Part shown: positions 26,590 through 44,154 of the stretch, piece by piece | Layout: each line of letters starts with the position of its first letter | Position numbering within the stretch: position 1 is the first letter of the stretch | DNA from: Octopus sinensis | Lineage: Eukaryota | DNA length: 64,000 nt | Assembly (NCBI RefSeq): GCF_006345805.1 | Contig: NC_043013.1 | Coordinates: 56,730,001 to 56,794,000 of the forward strand | Reading direction: 5' to 3' | The notes under the pieces: model-generated | Seen by the model: only the letters and a program-made list of their open reading frames with translations | Databases searched by the model: none | Told to the model about the DNA's origin: nothing | Translations under genes and position numbers: made by a program

Positions 26590-26594
<5 letters not shown>
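26184..26594 (+). mobile_element. ~400 bp non-coding hammerhead-bearing mini-element (solo PLE terminal repeat or retrozyme-like) in (TA)n
   Basis: 14 bp terminal direct repeat ATTTGATTTGTTTA (26184-97, 26581-94); internal hammerhead motif; (TA)n on both sides. Confidence 0.6.
26354..26425 (+). ncRNA. Minimal type I hammerhead ribozyme motif
   Basis: TCTCA-CTGACGA-[long stem II with AGCAAATAAA/TTTATTGCT]-GAAA-CTGCAG-TC-TGAGA; closing pair of stem II mismatched. Confidence 0.7.
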
Positions 26595-26681
<87 letters not shown>

Positions 26682-26713
26682 GCATACATATATATATATA
26701 TATATATATATTC

Positions 26714-26793
<80 letters not shown>

Positions 26794-26800
26794 ATACATA
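26595..26800. repeat. (TA)n microsatellite
   Basis: Read directly. Confidence 0.95.
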
Positions 26801-26942
26801 TAAGTTCAGCAAAAATTTATATTCAAATGAATATGGTACTTAATTTAGATGCACCAGATGCACCAGAATTTTGTATGGTGTTATCCATAAAAATCCGTGG
26901 GGTGATTATAATCAAAATAAGCAACAAGAATGACTACGGTAA

Positions 26943-27030
26943 TTTGGTACGATCGTTTCGTACTACATCATTTTATTAAATGTTGTAAGTATTACAACAG
27001 TTTTAAAATGGTGAGCACTCATCAGCCAAT
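26943..27030 (-). ncRNA. Type I hammerhead ribozyme in the PLE 3' terminal repeat
   Basis: Minus strand: TTGG-CTGATGA-GTGCT...[TGTTGTAA/TTACAACA hairpin]...AGTAC-GAAA-CGATCG-TA-CCAA; canonical core, palindromic stem III, GUA cleavage triplet. Confidence 0.85.
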
Positions 27031-27610
27031 TATAGAGGTTTTCCATTAATACAAAAATTTTCAAATCAGTATAGAGAAGGTAGATATAAAGACAAAGGTG
27101 TGGATTTAAATTTTAAGAACATATGAGGTAGTGAAATCCTTCCACTCACTGACTAAGATATGGTTGTTCCTAACTGCTGTAAGGATAGAAGCAATAAAGA
27201 TTTTTTAATTGTAGAAATGGGGTAAAGGAGGTTTCAGGACTTCATAAAAGGAATTCATGTTGAAGACAGCAATTGCCACTAATAAATGCCAATTACAGCT
27301 ATTTGATGAGAGAAACTAGGTCAATGTCAAATAGTCCTAATCCCATTCACAGAGAGTGTAATTTAGTGAAAAAAAGGGAAAAAACTTATCACTTATTATT
27401 ATGAGTAGGCATAGTATTTTTTAACTGGGGGAAAGCCTTATTAATTTTAAAGCTAGATTAAATTTAGAAAAGAATTCCAATTTCAAGTTTGCAGTGAAGT
27501 TTTTTTAGTCATCTATGAATGTTAAATTGAAAGCTAGTATAGTATAGTATATTTCTTCTTATTTGATTATAAAGAATTAAAATTTGAAAAATATAGGAAT
27601 ACTCACAGAA

Positions 27611-28201
27611 TTATTTAAAGTATTTAAACGTTCGGGTTGTGCAATGTATACAAGATGCTCCCAACTCCAGATGGTTATTCAACAGATTTGTATTACTCTG
27701 ATGTTTTAAAATTTCATAAGTTTCCATAGAACAAGGTTGACAACCATCCCTACTATTTCTATAAGGTTGCGCCCTTCTAACTATATCCCATTTTAGGTTG
27801 AAATCTATATTCTTTGTTTTTAGTTCCCAAATTTTGCAAGATAGTGTTGTGCAACCTGCCTTATGTTTGAGCCTAAAAGAGGAAAAATGATTGTTAAGAC
27901 GTCTTTTAAGATCCACCGAACATCCGAAATAAAGAAAGCTATTGCTAGAAGTTATTATTGTGCATTTATGAATTACGTTTTGGACCGAACAACGACCAGA
28001 TACCGGACATTTTGATCTAATCCTACAATTACAACTGGGAAGATAGTGTCCGGTACTGGAATTATTTAAGGACAGTTCACTTACATTACTGTTATTTAAA
28101 TTATTATTAGTATTAATATTACTTTCATTATTAGTAATCACGTTGTTATGCAAATTAGGGTAGCTAGTTATTAATCCATCCTCACCATCATCACCTACCA
28201 T
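27611..28201 (-). pseudogene. PLE GIY-YIG endonuclease domain with upstream Cys motif
   Basis: CNCRIRSKCPVSGRC, VIHKC...LYFG (degenerate GIY-YIG), RLNNH, TTLS..IWELK, WDIV, CQPC, LLN. Confidence 0.82.
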
Positions 28202-28259
28202 ACGTTTATCTATACTACCTATATTATTGGTATTGTTATTATCACTATTTACATCAATG

Positions 28260-28317
28260 TTGTTATTATAATTATTATTATTGTCATCATCATTATTAAT
28301 ATTATTTTTATTATAAC

Positions 28318-28359
<42 letters not shown>

Positions 28360-28397
28360 TATTATTACTATTATTATTATTATTATTATCATTACTA

Positions 28398-28446
<49 letters not shown>

Positions 28447-28496
28447 TATTATTACTATTATTATTATTATTATTATCATTACTATCATTATTATTA

Positions 28497-28554
<58 letters not shown>

Positions 28555-28555
28555 G
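28260..28555. repeat. (ATT)n array at the 3' end of the Dong/R4 element
   Basis: Read directly. Confidence 0.95.
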
Positions 28556-32890
<4,335 letters not shown>

Positions 32891-33126
32891 ATTCATTCTA
32901 CTCCTGGCTAATTTAATCTTTTTACTATTAAGTCCAGCTATTATGGTAGCCATGTTTGAGAGAGTGGAATAGGAAATTCTTACTGATCTCCTAGAAATTA
33001 TTTCATCATATTTATGGGAGGCTGGGAAATTTTTTTCCAGTATAGATTTAAGTCTATTGTACACATTCGTCGAGATCGCACAATTAAAGGGGATATTTAG
33101 CCATATATACATATGTATGTATATAT

Positions 33127-35233
33127 GACCAGATCTGTGGCTGGTGCAAAGTCCTCTCTCAACCTAGAATAACATGGTGGTGGAACAATGTTGTAGACAG
33201 GGCTATTAGAGAAAAGAGACAGGCTTGGAAGGACTGGAAAAATGGGGACAGCAGGGAATTGTATCAGACTGCCAAAAGAGAAGCTAGGAGACAGGTTTAT
33301 TTAGCCAGAGGGGAAGCAGATAAAAAAAATTTGCCAATGTTCTGTGCCATGAGGACCAAAGACTTGGGGTATTTCACGTTGCAAGACAGTGTGTGAGAGA
33401 GAATCGTGATGTGGTAGGAGAGAAATGTGTTCGCATGGATGATGGTTCACTTGCGCTAAATGAGGATGCAAAGAGAGAGGTTTGGAGACGCCACTATGAA
33501 AGGTTGCTGAATAAAGAAAATGAATGGGATAAAGAGAGTCTGCCGAATGTCGACCCAACAGAGGGACCAGCTATCCGAGTTGACAGTTCCTTGGTAGTTA
33601 AGGCAATTAGAAGCATGAAAACAGGGAAAGCCCAGGCTCATCAGGAATTACTGCAGAGATGCTCAAAGTATCTGGTAGTGTCGGCTATAGCCTAGTCACC
33701 CGTATAGTTAACCAGGTGATACACGAAGGAGTCATACCCAATGACTGGTGTAGTAGCATAATAGTCAACTGCTACAAAGGTAAAGGTGACGCCCTAGATA
33801 CAAGTAATTGCAGAGGTATCAAGCTGTTGGATCAGGTAATGAATGTTACGGAAAGAGTCATATCCCAACTGATTAGGGAGAGAGTTAGTTTAGATGAAAT
33901 GCAGTTTGGATTCGTGCCAGGGAAAAGCACCACTGATGCCATATTCCTGGTAAGACAGCTGCAGGAGAAATACCTAGCCAAAGATAAGCCCCTGTACCTG
34001 GCTTTCATTGACATGGAGAAAGCCTTCGACAGGGTCCCCCGATCCCTTATCTGGTGGTCAATGAGGAAACTAGGGATAGATAAATGGTTAGTGAGAGCTG
34101 TGTGAGCCATGTACAGGGATGCTGCTAGTAAAGTCAAGGTTGGCAACGAATACAGTGAAGAATTCCAGGTAGAGGTAGGGGTCAACCAAGGTTCAGTCCT
34201 CAGCCCCCTCCTATTTATCATAGTCCTCCAGGCAATAACGGAAGAAAGCAAGACAGGATGCCCCTGGGAGCTCCTCTATGCTGATGACCTTGCTCTAATT
34301 ACTGAGTCACTATCAGAACTGGAGGAGAAGTTTCAGGTGTGGAAGCAAGGATTAGAATCGAAGGGCCTTAGAGTCAACCTAGCTAAAACCAAAGTCCTAA
34401 TATGTAGGAAGGTAGACAAGTCACAAACGCCTTCAGGTAGATGGCCTTGCTCGATTTGTAGGAAAGGCGTAGGTAGAAACTCTATAAGATGCACCAAGTG
34501 TAAGCTATGGACACATAAGAGGTGCAGCAACATCAAGGGAAGGCTAACTAGGAAGATAGTTTTTGTCTCTGGCAGATGCTCAGGAGCAATAAACACTGAA
34601 AATGCGCAGAGAGCAACTTCCACCACATTCCAGGGAGAAAAACTAGAAATAGTTGATAGCTTCCATTACCTAGGTGACCTCATCAGTTGCGAGGGCGGGC
34701 ATGTTGAAACTGTAACTGCTAGAGTAAGAATAGCTTGGGTAAAGTTCAGAGAGCTCTTAACTCTGCTGGTGACTAAAGGCCTCTCGCTCAGAGTAAAAGG
34801 CAGACTGTATGACGCATGTGTACGAACAGCCATGTTACACGGCAGTGAAACATGGGCCGTGACTGCTGAGGATATGTGTAAGCTCGCGAGAAATGAAGCC
34901 AGTATGCTCCGATGGATGTGTAATGTCAGTGTTCATACTCGACAGAGTGTAAGTACCTTGAGAGAGAAGTTGGACCTAAGAAGCATCAGTTGCGGTGTGC
35001 AAGAGAGACGTTCGCACTGGTATGGCCATGTGGCAAGAATGGATGAAAATAGTTGTCTGAAAAAGTGCCACACCCTAGCTGTTGAGGGAACCTGTGGAAG
35101 AGGTAGACCCAGGAAAACCTGGGATTAGGTGGTGAAGCACGACCTTCGAACTTTAGGTCTCACCGAGGAAATGACTAGAGACCAAGACCTTTGGAAGTAT
35201 GCTGTGCGTGAGAAGACCCAGCAGGACAAGTGA
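33127..35233 (+). pseudogene. RTE reverse transcriptase with PHD-like Cys/His insertion, disrupted
   Basis: TWWWN, YKGKGD..RGIKLL, QFGFVPGKST, FIDMEKAFDRVP, QGSVLSPLLF, LLYADDL, WPCSIC..CTKC..WTHKRC, YLG, GSETW, GRGRP; frameshifts near 33330 and 33640, stops ending at 34105 and 35128. Confidence 0.92.
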
Positions 35234-35712
35234 GACCATAACCCATGGCCTCAGTCCACTTATGCATACCTTTCCTTCTTGGGACACAAAACTCTACTTG
35301 TGAAAACCTGTTGAGGCAAGTGAAAATCAAAATCAAAATCAAAAACCAAAAATCAAAATCGATCAACATGAATAGAAATTGTAGCCGTGATACCAGTGCC
35401 AGTGGCACGTGAAAAGCACCTTCCGATCGTGGCTGTTTGCTAGCCTCGCCTGGCCTCCGTGCCGGTGGCACGTAAAAAGCACAATCCGTTCGTGTCCGTT
35501 TGCCAGCCTTGTCTGGCACCTGTGCCGGTGGCACGTAAAAAGCACCCACTACACTCATGGAGTGGTTGGCGTTAGGAAGGGCATCCAGCCATAAAAACAT
35601 TGCCAGATCAGACTGGGCCTGGTGCAGCCTTCTGGCTTCCCAGACCCCAGTTGCACCGTCCAACCCATGCGAGCATGGAAAGCGGACGCTACACGATGAT
35701 GATGATGATGAT
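33127..35712 (+). mobile_element. 5'-truncated RTE-clade LINE with long 3' UTR and (GAT)n tail
   Basis: RT ORF pieces plus 3' UTR ending CCAACCCATGCGAGCATGGAAAGCGGACG...(GAT)n; TA-rich flanks. Confidence 0.9.
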
Positions 35713-35741
35713 GTATATATATATACATATATATATGTATG

Positions 35742-35774
<33 letters not shown>

Positions 35775-35794
35775 TATATACACACATATATATA

Positions 35795-35834
<40 letters not shown>

Positions 35835-36010
35835 TGCATATATACATACATATATATACATGTATATATATGCATATATATATATACATGTATATATATG
35901 AAAAATATATGCATATACATACATGTATATATATGTATATATATATGCATAAATATACATGTATATATATACATGTATATATATATATTTATATATATAT
36001 ATATATATAC
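35713..36010. repeat. (TA)n-rich microsatellite
   Basis: Read directly. Confidence 0.95.
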
Positions 36011-36939
36011 ACATCTATACCAGTGGTGTCTCCATCACTCGGACTGTGCAGGCTTCGGCTGAGTATAACTCTAGGAAAGTGAACCTGTCTTTGGAAGCTG
36101 ATTTCTGCCAACACTAACTTCAAGTATGTAAAGGTAGTCAATAAGCCAAGCTCCTTTTATTGAGCCTGATTGCAGTTCATTTATTTTTGTTCAGCTTCTG
36201 GCAGTGGTCTTAGAGATGCTCTGTCTCAAAAAATACCATTCGTAGCAAACTTTCTCTCGATATTGTTCACACATGCCTGACTTGGGCTCAGAAGTTACAG
36301 CCCAAGTTGTTATCTATAATTGTAAAAATTAAAAGTAATTCAAATTCAAAATGTTTTTGAAACAATACATTTCTGTGAAGATTAAGATTTAAATTCCAAT
36401 GTATGCAAAGTTTTCTGTCTACAAAAATCTTAAAGGAATGAAAAATTATCCAGCATCTTGGGCTAATACGAATGAGCCTAGGTGTAAAAGAGTAACTGGC
36501 ATCTCTTGTCCAAGATTACAGGCGATGGTCAGATCGCTGGTGTTTGTTGTGCCCTTTGCTGTCGTTATATGAATTGCTGTTATTCTGTGTGTCTTTGTGT
36601 AAAGATCAGTTGTGTTTTGCAGGGTTGCTTTGTTTTAAACCTTAAATTAGAAATGGAGAAAGACATAGTGTTAGATATAAAAAATGAGCCAATTGGGGCA
36701 AAAAATAAAGTGGGAAACATGAAATTCTTTGAGCATATGTAATAAGAGAAAAGAACATGATCATAACATGGAGTTTCTTCATTCCAACAGTATCATAAGA
36801 TGAGGAATTATGTACATTATTTACATTTGGTGGATATTTGTCTTCATCTTGTTTGTTGTTATATCCTCTTGTCTTTTGGAAATTTCGAACCTAGGTTCTC
36901 ATTCCTAAGGTATTTTTCAATGTTATTATTATTATTATT

Positions 36940-37008
36940 CAGGTTTGGAATTGAACTCGGAATCTTGGGGTTAATAGTCCACGCTCTTAACCACTATGCC
37001 ATATGCCC
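36940..37008 (-). promoter_or_regulatory. tRNA-like Pol III promoter (A and B boxes) ~30 nt after the PLE stop codon
   Basis: Minus strand GGGCATATGGCATAGTGGTTAAGAGCGTGGACTATTAACCCCAAGATTCCGAGTTCAATTCC. Confidence 0.7.
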
Positions 37009-37037
37009 GTGGGCAATTAAGGAGTGAATTTTAGGGC

Positions 37038-38244
37038 TTATAAATCTAATATTTTTATATCCTTCCTTAGTACCGGTTCCCATATGCTGTTCATACCTGC
37101 ACTTGGTCTGCTTAGGAGATTGTTGTGTCCTAGCATTTCTGCTGCTTCTTTTAGTTTTCGTATTTTCCAGTGGTGTTCTCTGTCTGTTATTTTAACTTCA
37201 TCCCACAGGGAGAGGTGGTCTCCATTTTTCCATACATGATCAGCTATATCTGACTTATCAATATATCCTCGTGTCACAACCTTCCTCTACCCATATTTTG
37301 AGTGGGTGGCATGTTTCAGCTTTCTATGGCCTACCATACTTGCATGGAATGGAGTACACGCAGTCTTTGGGTCATATTCTTTTCTATTGGTGGTTTTACT
37401 CGAAGGAGATATTTGCAAAGTGTTGTATTACTCTTGAATACTGTCCTGATGTCATATGTGCCACATATCTTTTGAATCTTTTCGGTGAGGCCTTTCACAT
37501 AGGGTAGACAGACTGTGGACAATTTATTAGTTTCATCCTCTCTTGTCTTCATAATTGGAGTGGACTGTATGTTTTGGGGGTAGTTGTTACTTAACAGACT
37601 GTTACTGAGCTTGATCATTTCTTCATCTTCTGTATCATGATCGCTACTTATATTCTTTGCATGATGTTTTAGGTGCTGAGCAATCCCTCTTTTACATTGT
37701 ATGGATGGTGGGAATTAAAGTTGAGGTATCGTCCAGTGAAGGTCAGCCTGTGGTATATGGATGTCCTGAATCCATACTTGGTACGTGTTATTAATACGTC
37801 CAGGAATGCCAGCAGATTGTCTTTTCCTTTTTCCATTTGAACTGTACGGGATGGCTTTATTGAGTTCACATGATCTAACAGCACTTGGACATCTTCCTGG
37901 TGGGGCCAGAGTATGAAGGTGTCATCAACATATCGCAGCCATAAGGTTGGTTTTAGTGGTGTTGATCCTAAAGCCAAATTCTCAAAGTATTACATGTATA
38001 TATTGGCTATTATTGGTGATAATGGCAAACCCATAGCTAAACCCTCTTCTTGTCAATATATATCAGTGTCCATACTGAAGTAGGTAGTTTCTACACTGAA
38101 GGTCAACATTTCCCTCAACTTTCTTATTGGTATATTAGTGCATTCTTTTAGATGGGTCTCTGTCACTAGTTTCTCTTGAATCACCGATAGTGCTTCATCA
38201 GTTGGGACTTTGGTGAACAGACTTACAAAAGATATGCGGCCCAT
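37038..38244 (-). pseudogene. PLE RT plus GIY-YIG, frameshifted
   Basis: VSLFTKVP, WLRYVDDTF, LAFLDV, YLNFNSHHP, LPYVKG, IADHVW, RKLKEA. Confidence 0.88.
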
Positions 38245-38506
38245 CTGATACCAGGATAGTAGTTTAGTGTAACATGGAAAAGCTGACAGGTACTTTAAAG
38301 TTTCCTGTTGCCTTCACACAGTCTGATGAAAGCTACATGGGTGGAACTTCCAAGTAAACTGCCTGCTAAGGAAAATAATAAGTTATTTTAATGAAAGGCA
38401 GCAAGGGAGATTTCAGTTAAGTTTTGTACTGGGTTCTATGTATAATCATAACTGCAACTATATTTATTTTATACACACACACACATACATACATACACAC
38501 TCATAC

Positions 38507-38545
<39 letters not shown>

Positions 38546-39504
38546 TCTATATATATATATTTGTATACATCTATATATTCATACACACACACACACACAT
38601 ATTTTATATATGCATATATATGCATGTGTATATATATATGTGTGTGTGTGTTTGTGTTTACATGTATGTATGTATTCAAAGAGAGAGAGAAATAGTGAGA
38701 GAGAGAAAGAGATAGAGAGAGAAAGAGAGAGAGAGAGAGATAGGGAAAGAGAGAGAGAGATGTGAATGTGTAAATTCTTCAAATCCTTTCAGATTAGAAG
38801 TATAGAAACCATCAAGTACAAATGATTAAATGTTAGATTCCTGTAAGTATGGTTTTGTAAAAGACATTTCAGCTTCATTTTCTTTGCCGATTCTTATTTG
38901 ATGTGACAGCCTAAAATATAGAGCCAACCTGCAATTGAATCTAATCATCTGATATGTGTTAATGAGCACAAAAATGATAGGATGCAATTAGCCATACATA
39001 ATGTGCCATGACAGAAGTAGATTGCTAGATGTGTCAGAATGGTGCTACCGATTCTCCGGCTTCATATTGGTATTAAATATAAGATCATTTTCTGAAATTA
39101 ATGACTCAACTGAATTATAGTAGACAAGTCGAATAATTTTCTGGGATAAAGAGGGAAAAATAAAATATTAAAAAAAAAATTAAAATAGAGATAAAAATGA
39201 TTGAAACAATACCATAAATATGAAATTGACAGTTGAAAATGTTCCTTGTGTGTTGGAAACATTTGTGAAAATGTTACAAAAGAAAGAAAAAGAAAAAGAG
39301 GAAAATTTTAGAAAAAGAAGAAAGAAAAGAGAGGATAAGTTGCGAGATTGGTGTCTGCAGTAACTTTTAAAAATAATCAAGTGAATAAAAGTAAATAATT
39401 ATAATGATAGAAACTAAAACAACGTCAATAACAATGATGATGATGATGATGATGATGATGATAATAATGATAATAATAACAATAATAACAACAATCTACA
39501 AAAG

Positions 39505-39535
<31 letters not shown>

Positions 39536-40424
39536 AATAATAATAATAATAATGATGATGATAGTAGCGATGATGATGATAAGGAAAAGAAGAAGAATAG
39601 TGATGATGATGAGGTTAATGATGATGCTGATGTGCAGGAAGGGTGGCAGGGAATGGTGTGGTGAATCAGCTGGTGGCTATAGTGGTAATAATGATGTTGA
39701 TGAGGATGATGATGAAGCCAAGGGTACCATTAATATTGTAGGCTGTAAGAATGTAGTAGTTGAAATTGAAATAAAATCTATCATTAAAACTTTCAAATAA
39801 TTCAAGTTACAGCAGCAGCAGCAGCTGAGTGAACATAATTTTAAAACTTCAAATATCAATTTGATTTTTTGGGGGGTATTTCAATATTTGAATGGTACTC
39901 TGAAGCCAGCAATCAAAAAGCCATTCTGCTAACCATTTAATGGTCATCAAGCAGTAATATTCGCAATTTGCTCTGTTTTTGCTTTTTGTCTTTGTTTTGA
40001 TGTTTTTAAATCATTATAACCATTACTTATGGTCCTTTGTAGTAAAGTGTGATCAGAGAAAGGTGAAATCTATTTTCGATGATTAAAAGCAAATCCTCCA
40101 ATCACAACAACAACAGCAAAATCAATTTCAGGAGCCAAAGTCAATTGACAAAAGCGAAAAGCTTTATGTTCAACAAACCACAACAAATCTGAAAAGATTT
40201 GTTCACTGATTTACTATATTGGTTGACCATCACACCTGTGACTAAGAAAGCAGAAAGAACAGGTACAAATCTCCAGACAGAGAAAGCAATTACAACTATT
40301 GTGGAAAATCAAACCGTAAATTGTAATAGTGACTCAAACCAACAGAAGGAGCAGTGTTTATGTGGGGATGGTCAACCGACCAGAAATTACAGATAAATCA
40401 CCATTAAATCACATCATACCTTCT

Positions 40425-40943
40425 TTAATTCTTTAGTATTCAAATCATTCAGTCAAATGCAATGATTATTTATCCACAATGTTTTGAATTAATCATGGAT
40501 TATCTCATAGTTTTGTGATTTCGATGATGATTTGTTTTTAGAAAGACATTGCCGGGTTGGTGTGAGAAGCTGAAAATAGCTAACTTGAGCATATAGCAGG
40601 TAGAATGTTTAGACCAGATGCTGGTCAAGAGTTGGGCCTCCTGCAGGTAGTGACAGGTGACTGAGACATTTAGTGATATACCATGCTTGTGAAACCATAG
40701 TTGTGGCTGATGCTAGTGTCAGACCTATGGCTCCTGTGCTGGTGGCATGTAAAAAACACCCACTATATTGGTTGGCATTAGGAAAGGCATCATGCTGTAG
40801 AAACCTTGCCAAATCACACTGGATCCTGGTGCAGCAACCCCAGCTTATGAATTTTCAGTCAAACTGTCCAACCCATGCCAGCATGGAAAGCAGACGTTAA
40901 ATGATGATGATGACGACAACCAGTTGAAATGCTAAAGGGTTAA
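40425..40943. mobile_element. piggyBac-like MITE (TTAA ends) interrupted by an RTE-tail copy (~40630-40918)
   Basis: Left TTAATTCTTTAGTATTC; right AATGCTAAAGGGTTAA; internal segment matches the RTE 3' tail with (GAT)n. Confidence 0.6.
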
Positions 40944-41467
40944 AATGGAAGGACATGCTGTGTGATTTCATGCTCAATTAACTGTGCCTTCAGAAAAAAC
41001 AAAGAGAAAAGAAAAAGGGAATTGGAAGATATCATAAGATGTGTTTCATTGTTGATGAAGTCGGTCACAAATGACACAGGGATAGACAACAGCCATAAAA
41101 AACCCAAAATCTCAATTAATCTCTACTGATGTAATCCAGAAACAATACTTAACATATGTCAGCAAAGAATCAAAAGTTACAACAACAGATACCATCTTGT
41201 AAACTTAAGACCCAATTTGCTACCACTTTCACCCTCTGCAAAAAATCCCAAATTTTATTTAATTTGCTTTGCGGGAAGGACTATTTCAAAAAAGTCATGT
41301 ATTGCTTTCGAAACGTGGAGTAGATGAAACAGGGAAAACTGAAGAAGCAGAAGATTCTTTATGTTTCATGTCTCGTTTCTCTATTTGTTTTTTTTCATTG
41401 TTCAAAAAAAGTTCCTTTCTACGTTTTTGTTTTTATGTTTTCGTTTCTCATTGTGTTCAAAGTATTT

Positions 41468-41533
41468 TTTAGGTGCTGAGCAATCCCTCTCTTTACACTG
41501 TATGGATAGTGGGAATTGAAGTTGAGGTATCGT
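41468..41533 (-). mobile_element. Short fragment of the same PLE family as 37-38 kb
   Basis: Near-identical to ~37668-37732 (RYLNFNSHYPY). Confidence 0.8.
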
Positions 41534-41739
41534 TTTTTTTTATGTCCTGTACCCATATATGCATGTATATATACATATATATGTAGGTATGTATATATAT
41601 GTATGTATATATGCATATATTTGCATATTTTTTATATTATTTTATAATCAAAAGCCACACATCCTTTTCTAAGTAACTTCTATTTAAATATATATATATA
41701 TAAAACCTAAATTATGTTAAGTCATTTACATATTTTGGT

Positions 41740-42472
41740 AGTAAAGTGAATTCAAGCACTTCCTATTATGATGAAATTGTCAACCATCTTTCAAAGGCAA
41801 CCAACACATTTGGCAAACTCTGTCATCGCCTGTGGAATGAAAGGGGCATCAAACTTGACACCAAAGTACCGGCCTATAAAGCTGGCATCCTTGCTACTCT
41901 CTTATATGGCTCAGAATCATGGATACCCTATAGGAAACACATTAACTAACTAGACATCTTCCACAAAAGCTGTCTGAGGACAATCTGCAGTTATTCCTTG
42001 AAAGACAGAGTTTCTAATGCCAGCCTGTTTAGCAAGTGTAAGACTGGTGGAATCGAGAGCATCCTTGTGCAATCCCAGTTGTGCTGGGCTGGCCATGTCA
42101 TCAGGATGAATGATGAAAGAATACCCAAAGTCTTCATGGGCAGCCAGCTTGAGAGTGGGCACAGGAATATTGGGTGACCATGACTCAGATATAAGAAGAA
42201 TAACCCTTTAGAGATGAATATATCTCCCAACTTTTTTGAGCAAATAAAATGGAGATGATTGTGTCAAAAGGGTATTAGTAATTTTGTTGCAAGCAGCATT
42301 AACAGGGTTTGGGGTACAAGGCAAAGGAGTAATCCTCTTACTTGCAGGATCTGTGGCCTCTTTGCAAATCGTTGGTGGGACTTAAATGTCACATTAGACA
42401 TAAGCATTATGAGTGACAAAGAAAGAGCATGTTGTCAGAGCCTCATACGTCGAAACTGACGGGAGAGTCCTT
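41740..42472 (+). mobile_element. 3' fragment of an RTE/BovB-like LINE (different family from 33-35 kb)
   Basis: FGKLCHRLW..IKLDTK, LLYGSESW, WAGHVIRMNDERIPK, C-terminal TCRIC. Confidence 0.85.
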
Positions 42473-42532
42473 CATATATGTGTGTGTGTATATATATATT
42501 TGTGCTTATACACACACACACACATATACATA

Positions 42533-44154
<1,622 letters not shown>

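Larger units (their letters stand above)
36760..38270 (-). mobile_element. 5'-truncated Penelope/Poseidon-type PLE with 3' terminal repeat
   Basis: Fragmented RT and GIY-YIG ORF followed by a 3' region shared with the solo copy at 45418-45660. Confidence 0.85.

Noticed and set aside
38319-38362. CAGT-CTGATGA-AAGCTAC... possible hammerhead next to the second PLE
   Set aside because: No GAAA or stem III follows; at best a deleted remnant
41270-41460. Possible decayed hammerhead or PLE end (...TTCGAAACGT..., CTGAAGA)
   Set aside because: Core elements are out of order or too degenerate to call
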